This document shows positions 59,901 through 64,000 of a DNA stretch of 64,000 nucleotides, piece after piece. Position 1 is the stretch's first letter. Each line of letters starts with the position of its first letter. The position numbers and the translations under genes are program-made. Under the pieces are notes generated by a model. The model saw only the letters and a list, made by a program, of their open reading frames with translations, ran no database searches and had not been told where the DNA came from. Origin of the DNA: Takakia lepidozioides (lineage: Eukaryota; Plantae; Bryophyta); the NCBI GenBank assembly GCA_030704615.1, contig CM060733.1:6510001-6574000 (forward strand). The letters run 5' to 3'.

Positions 59901-62900
59901 AGAAGGTATGAAACTTGGGTATCATTCAGTAGATGCATGAGTCACCCCAATTTACTTCAAGAAAATCCATGTGATGAGCTCCACAACTTCGAAAATCGAC
60001 CCTTACTTTTGAACCCTGAAGCACAACACCATATTAGGCACAAGGTCACATGAATTAGACTTACTCTGGCTGCAAGGAGGTAGCTTGCCAACTGAAGTCT
60101 CTGATGGAAGATCCAATGCTCTAACCAGATTACCTCCCCCAGCATACCCAAGCAATTTTCCAGGATCGGATTCAACTTGCAAGTCGACAACCTGTGCATT
60201 GCTACCACAGCTGTAGCTTCTTTGCAAATGCAGGAGCTCTGCCTCAGCCTTCTCAGCGCGAACACGCATCACATCGATCAACCTCTGCTGCTGCCCCACT
60301 AAGGCTTCTAGTTCTTCAATCCTCCTCCTTCCAATCTCTGAATCTTCATCAGCAACATGCTGGTCCTCTGTCTTTCCATTTCTCTCCATTTTCAGCACCA
60401 TCTCTTCCCACATGGCCTTGCTTTTCTCGTGCACTCTCTGCTCCATTTCAAGCTCCAATTCCTCCCTCCACTTATTCCCCCTCTCCCTCAGATCAGTCAA
60501 CTCTCTCTCCCTCTTTTCCAATTCCATGTTCTTGTTTTCCAACTCTCTTTCCTTCCACTTGTTATCTTCCCTCAGTGTGCGAATAAAGATGTCCTTCTGG
60601 GAAATGCAGGCCTCTAGAACCCCTAGTGTCTTTCCACCTTGCAATGCACTCTGTTCTTTGGGAGGCGAATTGGGCAGACGAACAATGCACTTCGCTTTTG
60701 CTCCATACTCAAATGTACATAAGGTTTTATGAAGATCCCTGATATCTGGGCTCGCACAAAGAATCATCAAAATCTTTGCCCCATCATCCTCAAAAGAGTC
60801 CTGCTTCATAAACACCAATGGTCACTTACAGAGACAGTCGACCTTCTGAATACTGTTAGACAGAAGTACCACTTGTGGATAAGATTCCATCAACTTGCAG
60901 TGCATGATATCTATGGACATTATGAAGACCCAACCCTTTGGTTTGGAGAGAATAAGTAGAGCTGTGACTACCATCCAGATGCACAAATTCAAGGGTTGGA
61001 GACAATACCTGAAGCAGCGTAGTAAGTTTACTATCCCGATATGGAATGTGAGAATCGTTATTCGCAATAGCCTCCACCACCCGCTTCAGAGCTCCATTTC
61101 CTTTATTAATTTTTCCTGTCTGTCAATCAATCATTGATTCAGTATACTGGCACCATCCACTTCAAACACATAAATGTGACATTCAGCACGTTTATCACAC
61201 TCAGTTTGTGCTCCTGAGTTTACATGACCTAAGCAGTCACACTCAGATACTGTATCAAAAATTGGGGGAAATCATGGATGAGTTGGGCAAGGGACACAGA
61301 CAGACAGCACACTGCAAGGCCGAGAGAGAATAAACAAACAAACAAACAAACAACCTTCCTATGTCCCTGGGTGGGACCATGGCCCGTGGACTAAGAAATG
61401 ACAGAGAGACTGAACGTGGGGTGGGAGAGAACCTGCAACTTGAATTCCTTTCCGAGACCAGCTTGTTCTATATTCTCCGAGCCAGCCATATCCACAAGGA
61501 CCAGCTTGCCACCTACTGCTGGTATGTCAATTGTCACCTGCATTAATTCAAAATCAAGAGTTGTTTATGGGATGTTTCAAGAAGCAAGATGTACTTGTAA
61601 AGGTACCTTAAGGGACACCAAATTATCGCTGTAAAGGCTGCCTGGAACTTTCATTGTGTGGTCAGGTCTTCTTCAGCCACATCTAGCCACTGAACAGAGC
61701 CTGCACTTTACCATAAATGATACATCCCCGTCTGATACCAATGTGAGTAGAAGCTAGTAATGTGGGCACAGTTCTTCCAAAAAATTTGTGGAAATATTCT
61801 ACCAGATTGACAGAGATGATTATGAAGTGCACTGGAACAATTCAGTCTCAATGGTCCACAGTTTCAACCAGCTCATTTCTCCACTCTTGTGGAAGGAGGT
61901 GGATAGAACTTACAGATTGCTATGTCCTCTGTTAAATGTAGTAGAACATAACTTGTCAAAACGAAGTATTACCAAACAGTGGCTTCGGGAACTCCGGTCA
62001 TTGCAATTGGTGCTCTTCACAATCCTCTTTCTCTCCAATGCTGAAATCTCACGAATAAGTTTTTCAGGGTCAGTGCCTGTAAGGGACATCGACTTCTTCA
62101 CTTTCCTGCCCATCATCTCTAATTTGGCCTGCACATTACACGGAGCAGCTTTGATTACTCGTGTGTAATTGTAGCCAACCAGAATGCATTTCACAAATGA
62201 AGTAGACAATATTGAGTAGAGTTTCTTCACTGGAGAACACAAACCTGGCAAACCTTTTGCTACGAAAACCCTAGTTCAGACCCATTTGCAATCCTGAAAG
62301 ATCCGTCAGATCCTCGTTCTATTATGCAAAACGCTCTGAGCTGGTTTGTACTTGGCCCTGGGACAACCCTAAACTTCATTTGGCATGTGGGATGACCCCT
62401 TTCGCTTGTTTGCAATGAAGAAACTTATTGTTTTCTTTATCATGTCGCAAGAATTGCATTCTTTTCAACGAGTAGCAAAAGGGGTCGATGACTTACCCGG
62501 TGTCCACTGATCTTGAAAAGCGATCCGAAAGTAGAGCTGTTTTCAGAGTTCGAAAGGAGGTCAAAAATCTCCTCATTGTAGATTTCCCAAACAGTTGCCC
62601 TAACCTCAACTCCCTGATCAGCATAGGCTTCACCATCTCCACTGCTGTCCGTGCAGCTCATGAGTTGCTGAAGTGCATGAGAAGCAACCCCTTTTTCGCA
62701 TGCAGACCCAAACATGGTGTAACTCTTTCCGGCCCCGGTGGGACCATACATCATGATAGTGCATCGCCCACCGCTCTTCACATCTTCCACCCTCGCTTCC
62801 ACGTATTTTAGGTAGAACGCCAGCAGATTCTCAGTTGTGGCTTGTGATACTCCGTCAAGAGTAAACTCTCGACATAATGCATGTGCTCTCACGACTACGT

Positions 62901-63132
62901 TCGCACCTTGCACACGAATTGCGGACTCCTTGCCTCCCCCCTCTGGATGTTCGCGAATACGCCCCACCACTTCCACTGGATGATTCCCCACGCCACTCGG
63001 CACGCAGGCCGACGGCCCACGACTCACAAACGATCCAACTCTCCCTGATGTTGGTGTCCTTTCCGAAGCCGCAAGCTTCATCGGAGACGCCCTCGGATTT
63101 GGTGACATGGGCGTCAACACACCTGGAGCCAT
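56944..63132 (-). CDS. Kinesin-10 family motor (PAKRP2/KINID1-like), multi-exon
   Basis: P-loop YGPTGAGKSYTM, NDRSSRSH, LVLVDMAGSE, HIPYRDSKLT and DSFEDDGAKILMILCASPD. Coiled coil, long acidic linker and a conserved C-terminal VYVKWEAS...ASLADLRK block. Confidence 0.9.
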
Positions 63133-64000
63133 AGCCCGATACCCTCAAGGACAGCCCACTGTACACTCACCCCCCTTCACAAGGATGGAACCCCCATTGT
63201 ACACATCCCACCAACATTCGCTGAAAAGTGTGCGGTTTGAAGAAACAAGAGGGATGGGTAGAGAGGACAGAGAGCAGTGAGGAACAAGGAGGGGAAGCAG
63301 ACAAGAGAGAGTGGCGAGTGCAAGCATCGCAGAGCCGTTGGAGGGCAGTCCGTTATGATTTGAATTCTACACATCGCCGTCCTTTGCCTCTCTTTGGGTT
63401 TTAGGTTTTCTTTTCTTTTTTCCCAAAAGGCTGTGAAGCCATATTCCGGTACCGTCGGTTGGGCCAGGGGGTATTCCTCCTTCTCCTTTTTTTTTTTCCT
63501 TTTTTTCTTTTTTTTTGTTTATACAGAACAGGGATTGCAGCCCAGAGGCTGTTCAAGTCAATGGAGAAAATGTGGTCAACGGACCTTACACCGTGTCAAG
63601 AGTATGATTGGTCTAAAAAAGCTCTTAATGTAAACCACGTGACAGCTTGTGAAAATTGTTGCTTCAATGGTGAGAGCCTCTTGCGGTTTGCGGCTTGTTA
63701 TAAATTATAAATTATTGAATCTAACGTTGGTAGGTTGTGGAGGCTACTTTAAACTCAATCCGTCCCTTCTCAAGCACCAAGACTTGGTCAATGTTCTTGC
63801 TCAAGTATGGTCCTCGACCGGGAATAATTTTGTCTCCCCCACTCTTAGATTTCTCTCTAAGCTGGAAGGCACTAGAGCTAAAGCAATAGTTCTGTCTAGA
63901 GAGCTGACTCAAGCTAGATCTCAAAGGGAGAAATCCTTGCTAAAATGTCTCCAGCTCTGTCAGCAACTCCTTGAAAACGAAGATGAGGGCCCTTGTACCC

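Noticed and set aside
63721-64000. Gene fragment at the window end
   Set aside because: The ORF is short with no recognisable domain and cannot be supported from this window.

Overview
Eukaryotic nuclear DNA from a non-flowering land plant. This is an inference from PLS-type PPR arrays, short introns, ~50% GC and tight gene packing; it looks hornwort/bryophyte-like. The left ~40 kb is an accessory zone and the right ~24 kb is ordinary housekeeping genes. (1) A degenerate tandem PLS-PPR array (~2.9-18.5 kb) is split by an 11.6-kb Ty3/gypsy-type element (4623-16235, 4-bp TSD GGAG). Its polyprotein reads Gag-PR-[DNMT3-like C5 cytosine methyltransferase]-RT-RNaseH-IN-PHD, and its two termini are not homologous LTRs. 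(2) A MULE-like transposon carries a SWIM transposase and a Ulp1-type protease gene (~19.4-39.9 kb). (3) A second MULE-like element (22530-33854, 10-bp TSD GGGCAGGTTG, imperfect TIRs) sits at a splice donor inside that Ulp1 gene. It carries a spliced gene for a ParB/Srx-like domain fused to a beta-class amino (N6A/N4C) DNA methyltransferase-like domain, and its introns hold ~11 copies of a 22-bp palindrome (TGAATGTCGT-TG-ACGACATTCA), a candidate ParB/parS-like self-recognition system. The right part holds JMJD7, an intronless-CDS peroxisomal MDHAR, ER Hsp110/GRP170, mitochondrial CcmE and kinesin-10 (PAKRP2/KINID1-like). Many single-base frameshifts occur in the repeated regions only, so some may be assembly errors. 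All domain calls are by eye from motifs, with no database search.
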